Source: an uncultured Candidatus Saccharibacteria bacterium (lineage in GTDB: Bacteria; Patescibacteriota; Minisyncoccia; Phycocordibacterales; CAIZLB01). Taken from it: a stretch of 57,654 bases of DNA. The notes below the pieces were generated by a model. The model had not been told where the DNA came from. It did no database searches and saw only the letters and a list, made by a program, of their open reading frames with translations. Below are positions 9,728-17,888 of the stretch, piece by piece (the stretch's first letter is position 1; every line of letters starts with the position of its first letter). The stretch covers positions 1,365 through 59,018 of the forward strand of contig CAYJDM010000007.1 in the NCBI GenBank assembly GCA_964368945.1. The letters are read 5' to 3'. Both the position numbers and the translations under genes were made by a program.

Positions 9728-9810
9728 GGATTTTGTTTGGGTTGAACTGACTTGACCATATGCTACGCCATTTATGTAAAATTCTCAATCCGTATGCTAG
9801 TATACGATCC

Positions 9811-12800
9811 ATGAAAACTAACCCAAACAATAACGCCAAGGATGCGGCGTTCGAGGACAAAGCAGCTTCAGAATCGCCAAAAAACGCGCCGGAATCAGTA
9901 GAGCAAAAATCTCCGGCAGCCATTCGCGAGGACGAGGTCTTGGCCTTCTGGGACAATGAGCGCATTTTTGAAAAATCGCTTGCCGCTACAAAGAACCCTT
10001 CTGGAGCTGATGGAAAGCCTGGCCAGCCGAGAAAGGATTTCGTCTTTTATGACGGTCCTCCATACGCGACAGGAACTCCGCATTTCGGCCATCTTTTGCC
10101 ATCGACGATCAAGGATGCGATTCCTCGATTCAAGACCATGCAGGGATATTATGTCTCTCGCCGATGGGGCTGGGATTGCCATGGCTTGCCGATCGAGAAC
10201 TTGATAGAAAAAGAACTGGGCCTCGAGGACAAGAAAGCCATCATCGATTATGGCATCGACAAATTCAATAAGGCGGCACGAGACAGCGTCTTTCGATATG
10301 ACCAGGAATGGAAAAAGGTAATTCACCGCGTCGGCCGATGGGTCGATATGGAAAATAATTATCAGACTATGGATTCGAGCTATACCGAATCCGTCTGGTG
10401 GTCTTTCGCGCAATTTTTCAATAAGGGCCTCGTCTACGAAGGATTCAAGACCATGCAGGTTTGTCCGCGATGCGAGACGACGCTCTCCAATTTCGAAGTA
10501 GGGCAGGGATATGCGGATGTGCAGGATATTTCCGTTTATGCGATGTTTCCGCTCAAGAATTCTGCGAATGGCGAGACTGATTACGCTCTCGCATGGACGA
10601 CTACTCCTTGGACTTTGCATGGCAATGCAGGATTGGCAGTTCATCCTGAGCTTTCTTATGTGAAGGTAAAATTGGTCAAAGCCGAGAACCCCGACAATAC
10701 CGGCAAGAATCTCATCCTCGCAGAATCTCGCTTGTCCGCGCTCAAGGAAACAGAAGGCGAGGATTATCAGATCGTAGACAAGTTTACCGGAGCGGAATTC
10801 GCAGAGCGATACTCTGATGGATATTCTCCAGTCTTTGATACATATGAGAAAAATAAATTCCCATTCGAATCGCAGGAAAAATTCCGCGACAATGCCTGGA
10901 AGGTCTGGACTGCTGATTTCGTTACGGCAGACACTGGAACGGGAATCGTGCATATAGCTCCTGCATTCGGAGACGATGACCGCAAGCTCGGAGAGGCCAA
11001 AGGCCTGCCGATGATCCATCATGTCGGCCTCAATGGACATGTCCGTGCGGAGCTCGGCGAGCCTTTTGCAAACAAGATGGTAAAGCCCAAAGACGATCCT
11101 CAGTCATATGATATCGAGGTTATCAAGGCGCTTGCTCATGCCGGCTTCCTGTATGCAAAGGAAAAAATCATTCACTCATATCCGCATTGCTGGAGATGCT
11201 CATATCCTCTCCTCAACTATGGAACATCGGGCTGGTTCATCGAGATGACCAAGCTTCAGCAGAAGATGCTCAGCGAGAATGCCGCAACGAAATGGGTTCC
11301 GGAAGAAATCGGCTCAGGCCGATTCGGCGCATGGCTCGAGAATATCCGCGATTGGAACCTCTCGCGATCCCGATTCTGGGGCGCTCCTTTGCCGGTATGG
11401 CGCGGCGTCGATACGGGCAAGATCCATGTCATCTCTTCGATCGCAGAGCTCAAGTCAAAGATCGAGAAAAGAAATTCATTTACCTTGATGCGGCATGGCG
11501 AAGCAGAATCGAATGTCCTCGGCATCATCAGCGCCAAGGATCTCACGATTCATGGCCTCACGGATCTCGGCCGCAAGCAGGTAGAGGAATCCGTCACCGC
11601 TCTCAAGGCTGCGAAGGAAGCGGCAGGAAAAAAGATAACGAAGATCTATTCTTCTGATTTCCGTCGAACGCGCGAGACTGCCGAAATGGCTGCGGATATG
11701 CTCGGAATACCTCGCGATCAGATCGTTTTTGATCATCGATTGGGCGAATGCGGCGGCGGCAAGCTCGAAGGAAAGAGCTGGGGAGAGCATTGGTCTCTTC
11801 TCTCGACGCCTCGCGATCGCATGTTTACTGCGCCGGAAGAAGCGGAGTGCGTCTTTGATGTGAAAAAGCGAGCGACCGAAGCCGTCTACGATATCGATGC
11901 GCAGAATGAGAACGAGGATATCCTCGTCGTCACTCATGGCCTGCCTTTGCGATTGATCAAATATGCATCGCTCGGACGAACCGCTCGCGATCTCTTGCGA
12001 ACGGGCTGGCAGGATATATCAGATCCGAATGCTTCATTGCATGAGCTCGATTGGAGAAATCTCCCGCATAATGAGACTTGGGAAATCGATATCCATCGAC
12101 CCTATGTCGATCATATCTCATGGGCTGATCCTGAGACAGGGGAGAAGATGGTCCGAATCCCAGAAGTATTCGATGTCTGGTACGATTCCGGCGCCATGCC
12201 TTTTGCCTCGAATCATTATCCATTCGAGCATGAGAATACCGACAATGTCAGCCCGAATACCGTATTCGAAGATACGATTGCCAATGCTCCTGCTTTGCCA
12301 GCTCAGTTCCCGGCGGACTTCATCGCCGAAGGGCTCGATCAGACTCGAGGCTGGTTCTATTCTTTGCTCGCGATCGGCGTGGGCTTATTCGATCAGTCTC
12401 CATACCGGAATGTCATGGTAAACGGCCTCATCCTCGCCGAGGATGGCCGCAAGATGTCCAAGCGCCTCAAGAACTATCCGGATATGTGGCCGACGATCGA
12501 GAAATATGGCGCAGACTCATTGCGATATTTCCTTGCAGCATCTCCATCCGTGCGCGGCGAAGAATTCGCATTCTCAGAAAAAGGCCTCGATGAAGTGAAT
12601 AAGAAGATCTTCAATCGAATCGACAATATGCATTCGTTCCTGATGATGTATGCCGTAGACGAAAAGGCAAAAGAAAAGGGAATGCTTCTCGATCGCGTCT
12701 CGAACAAATATTCCACAGCCGAAATAGATGGCATGCTCGCTGCGCTCAAGCACCCTCTGGATCTCTGGGTTTTGGCTCGGCTCAATCAGACTATCGAGCT

Positions 12801-13662
12801 CGTCACGACGAATCTCGAAGCATACCTTCTCGACAAGGCTACTCGTCCAATCGGCGATCTGATCGACGATGTTTCCACTTGGTATCTTCGACGATCCCGA
12901 GATCGATTCAAGGTTGATTCTCGCGCCGAGGATGCCGTATCTGCAACTGCTGATAGAGACGATGCAATCTTCACATTGCGATATGTTCTCGAGCGTTTGT
13001 CTCGAATCATGGCGCCCGTCACGCCTTTCATGGCTGAGCATCTGTATAAAAAAGTCCGCTTCGGCGATATCGAAAGCGTGCACCTCGAGTCATGGCCTGC
13101 TACTCCATCAATCGATGCTTCTATAATCGAAAGCATGGCGAAGGTTCGCGCATTGGTGGAGATCGGATTGGCAAAGCGCGCGGAAGCCAAGATCAAGGTC
13201 CGCCAGCCGCTCCAATCTTTTACTCATTCTTCTACGGAACTCACCCTTGAGCTCGAAGAAATCATCAAGGATGAATTGAATGTCAAAGAGATCAAGCGAG
13301 TCGAAGGAGGCGATGCCGCGAATGGCTCCGAATCTCTCGACATCGAAATCACTCCAGCCCTCCGCAAGGAAGGCGCCGTGCGAGACCTCATCCGCGCTAT
13401 CCAGCAGGAACGAAAGAATAAGGATCTCAATCCTCAGGACTCCATCGATTTGATCTGTGCGACTACGCCCGAAATCGAGGCCGTCATCAAGGATCATTCG
13501 CAGATGATCGAGCAGGCCGTGCAGGCAAAGGGCATTTCATTTGTCAGCGCAGATGCCGCCAAAGACGATGCGGAGATCTTGTCCGGAACAGCTGTCGACT
13601 TCTTCATGGATGCTGCATTCGATCCTACGACCGATACCGTCCGGTTCATAATCAAGGCATAA
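9811..13662 (+). CDS. ileS: Isoleucine--tRNA ligase with an embedded histidine-phosphatase domain
   Basis: HIGH (PHFGHLL), WDCHGLP, the editing CP1 region, NIRDWNLSRSRFWGAPLP and KMSKRLKN. The ATG at 9811 is preferred over the 9760 track start, which abuts the divergent gene. Confidence 0.9.
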   Translation: MKTNPNNNAKDAAFEDKAASESPKNAPESVEQKSPAAIREDEVLAFWDNERIFEKSLAATKNPSGADGKPGQPRKDFVFYDGPPYATGTPHFGHLLPSTIKDAIPRFKTMQGYYVSRRWGWDCHGLPIENLIEKELGLEDKKAIIDYGIDKFNKAARDSVFRYDQEWKKVIHRVGRWVDMENNYQTMDSSYTESVWWSFAQFFNKGLVYEGFKTMQVCPRCETTLSNFEVGQGYADVQDISVYAMFPLKNSANGETDYALAWTTTPWTLHGNAGLAVHPELSYVKVKLVKAENPDNTGKNLILAESRLSALKETEGEDYQIVDKFTGAEFAERYSDGYSPVFDTYEKNKFPFESQEKFRDNAWKVWTADFVTADTGTGIVHIAPAFGDDDRKLGEAKGLPMIHHVGLNGHVRAELGEPFANKMVKPKDDPQSYDIEVIKALAHAGFLYAKEKIIHSYPHCWRCSYPLLNYGTSGWFIEMTKLQQKMLSENAATKWVPEEIGSGRFGAWLENIRDWNLSRSRFWGAPLPVWRGVDTGKIHVISSIAELKSKIEKRNSFTLMRHGEAESNVLGIISAKDLTIHGLTDLGRKQVEESVTALKAAKEAAGKKITKIYSSDFRRTRETAEMAADMLGIPRDQIVFDHRLGECGGGKLEGKSWGEHWSLLSTPRDRMFTAPEEAECVFDVKKRATEAVYDIDAQNENEDILVVTHGLPLRLIKYASLGRTARDLLRTGWQDISDPNASLHELDWRNLPHNETWEIDIHRPYVDHISWADPETGEKMVRIPEVFDVWYDSGAMPFASNHYPFEHENTDNVSPNTVFEDTIANAPALPAQFPADFIAEGLDQTRGWFYSLLAIGVGLFDQSPYRNVMVNGLILAEDGRKMSKRLKNYPDMWPTIEKYGADSLRYFLAASPSVRGEEFAFSEKGLDEVNKKIFNRIDNMHSFLMMYAVDEKAKEKGMLLDRVSNKYSTAEIDGMLAALKHPLDLWVLARLNQTIELVTTNLEAYLLDKATRPIGDLIDDVSTWYLRRSRDRFKVDSRAEDAVSATADRDDAIFTLRYVLERLSRIMAPVTPFMAEHLYKKVRFGDIESVHLESWPATPSIDASIIESMAKVRALVEIGLAKRAEAKIKVRQPLQSFTHSSTELTLELEEIIKDELNVKEIKRVEGGDAANGSESLDIEITPALRKEGAVRDLIRAIQQERKNKDLNPQDSIDLICATTPEIEAVIKDHSQMIEQAVQAKGISFVSADAAKDDAEILSGTAVDFFMDAAFDPTTDTVRFIIKA
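11470..12085 (+). other. Histidine phosphatase superfamily (PGAM-like, branch 1) domain inserted in IleRS
   Basis: LMRHGEAESN (RHG), SSDFRRTRETA, GECGGGKLEGKSWGE and VVTHGLPLR lie in frame between IleRS blocks ...SSIAELKSKIEK and IDIHRPYVD. Confidence 0.7.
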
Positions 13663-13669
13663 TAGCCTC

Positions 13670-14338
13670 ATGTCATATCGCATATACACTTCGGATGCGT
13701 TCATACTTTCTGCCAAGCATTCAAAGGATGCGGATCTTTCGCTTTTCGTCTTTACGGAAAAGTTCGGCCTCCTGCATGCGACCGCCAAGTCCGCGCGCCA
13801 TATGAAATCCAAGCTGCGGTATTCGCTGCAGTCCATGACCTTCGGCAGCATCTCGCTCGTGAAGGGCAGGGAGATTTGGCGCGTCACGAGCGCAAAGAAG
13901 ATGATCAATCTCTATGATAAAAGAATTCCGGCCGCTTTGCGCACATTTCTCGCACGCATGCTTGTCATGGTTGAGCGCTTTTGTCCGCGCGAGCAGCCCG
14001 AGCCCGTCATCTTTGATATTCTGAAATCCATTTCGGGCTTCGTCTTCAAGGATCTGGCTGCCGCCGCGGCCGCTGTTGCTGTCTCTGATGGCTCTGCGCA
14101 AACTGCATTGCAGAATCCCGCACAGGATCTGGCGCAGAACCTGACGCGCTTCGAGCAGGTCTGCATGCTCAAGCTCATGTACGAGCTCGGCTATGTCGAG
14201 ATTAATCCGCAGATTCAGATTTTTATCCAGGAAAAAATCGATTCGGCCTTCATGAATATTCTCGACCTCATGACCGAAGGGCAGGAGAGGGCCGTCGCCG
14301 TCGCTGTCGATCGCGCGATTGTTCAGAGCCATTTGTAG
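13670..14338 (+). CDS. recO: DNA repair protein RecO
   Basis: The N-terminal OB-fold pattern (AFILS...D..L.VFT...G...ATAKSARHMKSKL) is typical of RecO. Confidence 0.6.
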   Translation: MSYRIYTSDAFILSAKHSKDADLSLFVFTEKFGLLHATAKSARHMKSKLRYSLQSMTFGSISLVKGREIWRVTSAKKMINLYDKRIPAALRTFLARMLVMVERFCPREQPEPVIFDILKSISGFVFKDLAAAAAAVAVSDGSAQTALQNPAQDLAQNLTRFEQVCMLKLMYELGYVEINPQIQIFIQEKIDSAFMNILDLMTEGQERAVAVAVDRAIVQSHL

Positions 14339-14370
14339 ATCGCTGATTCAATAGAACGGACCTCATTCAT

Positions 14371-14411
14371 GGTGTAACTAACTATCACGTTGCGTGATAG
14401 TTAGTTACACC
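14371..14411. repeat. Perfect 19-bp inverted repeat with a 3-nt loop
   Basis: ggtgtaactaactatcacg-ttg-cgtgatagttagttacacc. No T-run follows. Confidence 0.9.
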
Positions 14412-14428
14412 AACATCAAAGTCAAAGT

Positions 14429-14471
14429 GCGTAGAATAAACTAGGACGTAACGTCTAGGTTTCTTCTACGC
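14429..14471. repeat. Second, imperfect hairpin
   Basis: gcgtagaa...ttctacgc outer stem, with an inner ctagg/acgt-containing stem. Confidence 0.7.
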
Positions 14472-14528
14472 ATATGGATGTCGGCTTGATATCTGCATGC
14501 GCCATCTCGCATATGCTATACTTTTTCC

Positions 14529-16634
14529 ATGAATAGCGATCAGGACAAGATCGAGAACCTTAAAAAGCGCCTAGATTCGATATCGAATGCGCCATCTCAT
14601 TCGCTTCGCCCGAAATTGCATAGACATCCGTCTGCGATCGGCAATGCTTGGGCCGATGACGAGAGTGATTCTGACAATTATGGCCGCTCTGCTTCGAATC
14701 CGATCAATCCTCCCGCGCAAGGAGCACCAGGCGCACTTTCCAGCATTCCAGTCTTGCCCACAGATCCCGCTGCGGCAAATTCTGCCTATGGCATCGCCCA
14801 GGCTGCGACGAATAAGCCCGACCTGCTCGCCGGCTCACTCTATGGCAAGGATGCTCTATATAAGGATAAAAAAGACCGACGCGGCAAGACGCTCAAGCGC
14901 GTCCTGCTTGTTTCGGTTTTTGGCTTTTTGGCAGCATGCCTTTTCGCCTGGTACAACTATTCGACAGGCGGCAACTATATCTCAGGATCAAATATCGATA
15001 TAGCAGTAGTCGGTCCCGTCGCGGCCCCTTCCGGCGAAGTCCTGTCCATGGATGTGGACATCCATAATCGAAATGCCAGCGCGCTCGAAAATGTCGATCT
15101 CATAGTCCAGTACCCGGAAGGATCCCGAAAGGCTGAAGATGGCGTCACCACTGTCTTGAACGATCGAATTCCAATCGGCACGATGAAGCAGGGCGAGACG
15201 GTCCGACGCCGCGTGGACATAATCCTGTTCGGCGAGCAGGATACAAAGAAGGAATTCAAATTCACGGTCCAGTATCGCGTGCCTGGCTCGGTCATACTTT
15301 TCAATAAGGAAAAAACATATCCGATATTCATCGGCTCCGCGCCTATTTCCATCAATGTCTCATCGCTCAAGGAAGTGACGCCGAATCAGACCGCCACATT
15401 CAAGGCCGTTATCACTTCGAATTCGGCCAATGTCATCCGAAACCTCGTATTCAATGCCGCATATCCGACAGGTTTCGTCTTCGAAAAATCCACTCCTTCG
15501 ACATCATTCGGAAACAATGTCTGGACGATAGGGGATATGAAGCCTGGCGATACGCGAGAGATCACCATCTCCGGCAAGATCATCGGCGATGCATCAGTCG
15601 AGCGATATTTCACATTCACAGCCGGCACGGAGGATCCTATCGACAAGAGCCGCATCGCATCGCGACTCGTCGAAAGCAAGCAGAAGATCGAGATCAAGAA
15701 GCCTTTCTTCTCGGCTGATGTTTCCTTGAACAAATCAGGCGATGCCGTCTATGTCGGACGAGCCGGCGAGGAGATCCAGGGCGAAATCGTCTGGCAGAAT
15801 AATCTCGATGTTCCTTTGAATGATGCAATCATCGAGGCAAAAATACTCGGGCCAACATTGGAAAAGACGAGCGTCAGCGCTGAGCGCGGATTCTATAATT
15901 CGATCACCAATACGATCGTATGGGATAAGACCAATGTCGAAGACCTTGCCGAGCTTTCGCCTGGCAAATCTGGAGTGCTTCAATTCAGCTTCGCATCGAT
16001 GGTTCCGAATCAGCAAAATAATTCGAACCTTCGCCGACAGGAAATCTCCCTCGCGATCACCGTTCGCGCAAAGCGCCTAAGCGAAAGCCAGGTTCCTGAA
16101 GAGATGAAGTCGACGGCATCTCGCACGGTCAAGATCGCATCAAGCCTCGCTTTTACGTCAAAGGTGGTGCATAGCATCGGTCCGATAGAGAATAGCGGCC
16201 CGATTCCTCCGCGAGCTGAAGCAAAGACTACCTATACGGTCATGAATTCTGTCCGCAATTCATTTAATAATGTCAAAAACGTAACGTATACCGCGACGCT
16301 TCCATCGTATGTGACATGGACGAATAAGGTCTATCCAGAATCCGCGGCTCCGAATATCAAATACAATGCCGATACGCGCCAGATCACTTGGTCGCTCGGA
16401 GATATCGCGCCAGGCACCGGATACAATTCTTCTTCAAAGGATTTCGCTTTCCAGCTGGAGCTTTTGCCAAGCATCAGTCAGGTCGGCAATGCGCCCATCC
16501 TCGTGAATATCCAGCGATTGGCAGGAACGGATGCATTTACTGAAAGCATAGTTGAAACCACTTTGCCTGCCATCGATACGCGCATGGATGAGGATCCTCA
16601 ATTCCAGTTCGGCTTGGAAAAGGTTGTGAGATAA
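14529..16634 (+). CDS. Large membrane-anchored protein with beta-rich extracytoplasmic repeats (hypothetical)
   Basis: 701 aa. Disordered N-terminus, one TM helix (VLLVSVFGFLAACLFAWY), then a long beta-sandwich-like region. No catalytic motif recognised. Confidence 0.6.
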   Translation: MNSDQDKIENLKKRLDSISNAPSHSLRPKLHRHPSAIGNAWADDESDSDNYGRSASNPINPPAQGAPGALSSIPVLPTDPAAANSAYGIAQAATNKPDLLAGSLYGKDALYKDKKDRRGKTLKRVLLVSVFGFLAACLFAWYNYSTGGNYISGSNIDIAVVGPVAAPSGEVLSMDVDIHNRNASALENVDLIVQYPEGSRKAEDGVTTVLNDRIPIGTMKQGETVRRRVDIILFGEQDTKKEFKFTVQYRVPGSVILFNKEKTYPIFIGSAPISINVSSLKEVTPNQTATFKAVITSNSANVIRNLVFNAAYPTGFVFEKSTPSTSFGNNVWTIGDMKPGDTREITISGKIIGDASVERYFTFTAGTEDPIDKSRIASRLVESKQKIEIKKPFFSADVSLNKSGDAVYVGRAGEEIQGEIVWQNNLDVPLNDAIIEAKILGPTLEKTSVSAERGFYNSITNTIVWDKTNVEDLAELSPGKSGVLQFSFASMVPNQQNNSNLRRQEISLAITVRAKRLSESQVPEEMKSTASRTVKIASSLAFTSKVVHSIGPIENSGPIPPRAEAKTTYTVMNSVRNSFNNVKNVTYTATLPSYVTWTNKVYPESAAPNIKYNADTRQITWSLGDIAPGTGYNSSSKDFAFQLELLPSISQVGNAPILVNIQRLAGTDAFTESIVETTLPAIDTRMDEDPQFQFGLEKVVR

Positions 16635-16650
16635 ATGGAGAGATAGCCAT

Positions 16651-16678
16651 TTGACGAACCTGAAGGCGGGTGTATGAT
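16651..16678 (+). promoter_or_regulatory. Sigma70-like promoter (TTGACG-16 nt-TATGAT)
   Basis: -35 at 16651-16656 and -10 at 16673-16678, immediately after the stop of the 701-aa gene. Confidence 0.45.
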
Positions 16679-16684
16679 TATTTT

Positions 16685-17214
16685 GCGATCGGATACCCAT
16701 CCGGTCGTTTAGCTACCAATACAATCGTGGCAGTTGAAAGAAAAGCCCCGGTCTTGCGGAGTATCCCAACCTCCCGTATCCGCATGCCTCGGCTCACGAC
16801 TTGCTTTGGCTGGACAGTGGAACAGCAAAGCAGGGAGATAGAAATCGAAAGCCTCAAGCCGGCAATGTCCGGCAATCGGCAATCGAGGTGACCGCTCTGC
16901 GGCACTCCATAAGTACAAAAAGAAGCGCAATAGCCAATCAATTAGCTTAGCGCTCAAGCATGCTGACACTCAAAGCCTGAAGACGGCATGCTATCCGATA
17001 CCGCGACCAACCCATCCTCCGATCGCGCGGTAGAGGAAGTTTAACAATGATTCGGAGGGCCAATAATTCACGGCCGGCATTGAGGCTTGCGCCTCGCAGC
17101 CCGCCAGTACACTAATTGGTCAAAATCGGCACAATCCGTACGTTCCCTCGTCTGACACCCTGTTGGTGTTGGCACCGTCGCCGGTGAGAGGGGGCGTACG
17201 GCTCTTCTTTTTTC
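16685..17214 (+). ncRNA. Candidate structured non-coding RNA of unknown class
   Basis: About 530 nt between the promoter and a strong terminator. It has no convincing ORF and at least eight local hairpins: 16687-16706, a 16851-16889 stem enclosing three GGCAAT repeats, 16917-16949, 16958-16995, 17003-17032, 17058-17075, 17082-17095 and the terminator. Confidence 0.3.
17136..17214 (+). terminator. Long intrinsic terminator
   Basis: 14-bp stem ccgtacgttccctc / gagggggcgtacgg (two G-U pairs) with an internal sub-hairpin, followed by ctcttctttttt. Confidence 0.65.
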
Positions 17215-17218
17215 ACGC

Positions 17219-17248
17219 TTGACACCAGATTAATATGTACGCTATTAT
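17219..17248 (+). promoter_or_regulatory. Promoter/operator of the Phd-RelE operon (TTGACA-18 nt-TATTAT)
   Basis: The -10 ends 6 nt before the ATG at 17255, implying a leaderless mRNA. TGTAC-containing repeats (atatgtac / ttatgtacat) overlap the -10. Confidence 0.5.
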
Positions 17249-17254
17249 GTACAT

Positions 17255-17539
17255 ATGAGAATAAATGACATATTGTCAATCACCGAGGCAAGAAAGAACA
17301 TATTCGACATCGCTGAAGCGACTCAGAAAAAAGGTCGGCATTTCATGCTGACTGACAAGGGTCGACCGGCGGCAGTAATCATGTCGGCGGCTCAATACGA
17401 GTCATGGGCGGAAACGCTCGAGGTACTGTCTGATTTTCCCAATATCGAGGCAGATATTCGAAGCGCGCGCAATGATCTTGTCAAGAACAAATTCATGAGA
17501 CTCGATGAGGTTCGCAAGTCTTATGATAGAAAGAAATAA
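17255..17539 (+). CDS. Type II antitoxin, Phd/YefM family
   Basis: ITEARKNIFDIAE......MLTDKGRPAAVIMSAAQYESWAETLEVLSD. Confidence 0.85.
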   Translation: MRINDILSITEARKNIFDIAEATQKKGRHFMLTDKGRPAAVIMSAAQYESWAETLEVLSDFPNIEADIRSARNDLVKNKFMRLDEVRKSYDRKK

Positions 17540-17792
17540 AAAATACTCGGTATTGCTTTCGAGCAATGCTCGAAAAATGCTGGATCGAGTCGGGGAGGAT
17601 ATGCGATCCAAATTGATGGAATCCATGAAAAGCCTCGAGGAAGATCCGTTGTCTGGAAAAGCATTGGCAGGGCCCCTTAAAGGGTTTTATTCGATACGTG
17701 TGTGGCCCTTCAGAATCGTCTACCAGATCGCCAAGGGGCAGCTCATCGTATATGTCATTTCGATAGGGCATAGGAAGGAGGTGTATAAATAG
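17523..17792 (+). CDS. Type II toxin, RelE/ParE (StbE-like) family
   Basis: C-terminal ...FYSIRVWPFRIVYQI...LIVYVISIGHRKEVY. The ATG at 17523 overlaps the antitoxin stop by 17 nt. Confidence 0.8.
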   Translation: MIERNKKYSVLLSSNARKMLDRVGEDMRSKLMESMKSLEEDPLSGKALAGPLKGFYSIRVWPFRIVYQIAKGQLIVYVISIGHRKEVYK

Positions 17793-17888
17793 CCTGCCGA
17801 TTGCCGACGTTTGGCCCTTCCTTCTGTCTGTTTTTCGCTTTTGTTTTCCCCGATATAATCTGCTACCATGGCTGTAATACATACATAT

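Noticed and set aside
14497-14598. 12-nt direct repeat atgcgccatctc at 14497-14508 and 14587-14598.
   Set aside because: A single short pair, one copy in the 5' UTR and one inside the CDS. There is no further structure or symmetry, so it is probably chance.
16850-17110. RNase P RNA hypothesis. AAUGUCCGG (about 16864) resembles CR-I AAAGUCCGG and can pair with CCGGCAUU (about 17072), like P4. On the minus strand, ACAUUGCCGGCUUGAGG resembles CR-V.
   Set aside because: The flanking GAGGAAAG, ACAGAA and GGUAAGAGC-type conserved blocks are missing, and the spacing does not fit. This is left for cmsearch to decide.
17136-17214. Group II intron domain V-like sequence on the minus strand (GAGCCGUACG ... 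ACGUACGGAUU).
   Set aside because: The two halves are separated by about 55 nt instead of a roughly 14-nt hairpin cap. The AGC triad G would face an A. The plus-strand U-tract fits a terminator better. No reverse transcriptase/maturase ORF is nearby.
16640-17215. tmRNA hypothesis for the ORF-less structured region. A short frame ...AIANQLA* (gca ata gcc aat caa tta gct tag) and a CCCGCCAG string recall the E. coli ssrA 3' end.
   Set aside because: There is no GGGG...UUCGAC 5' tRNA-like end. There is no 7-nt T-loop arm (the adjacent hairpin has a 4-nt loop). No CCA or acceptor pairing could be built on either strand.
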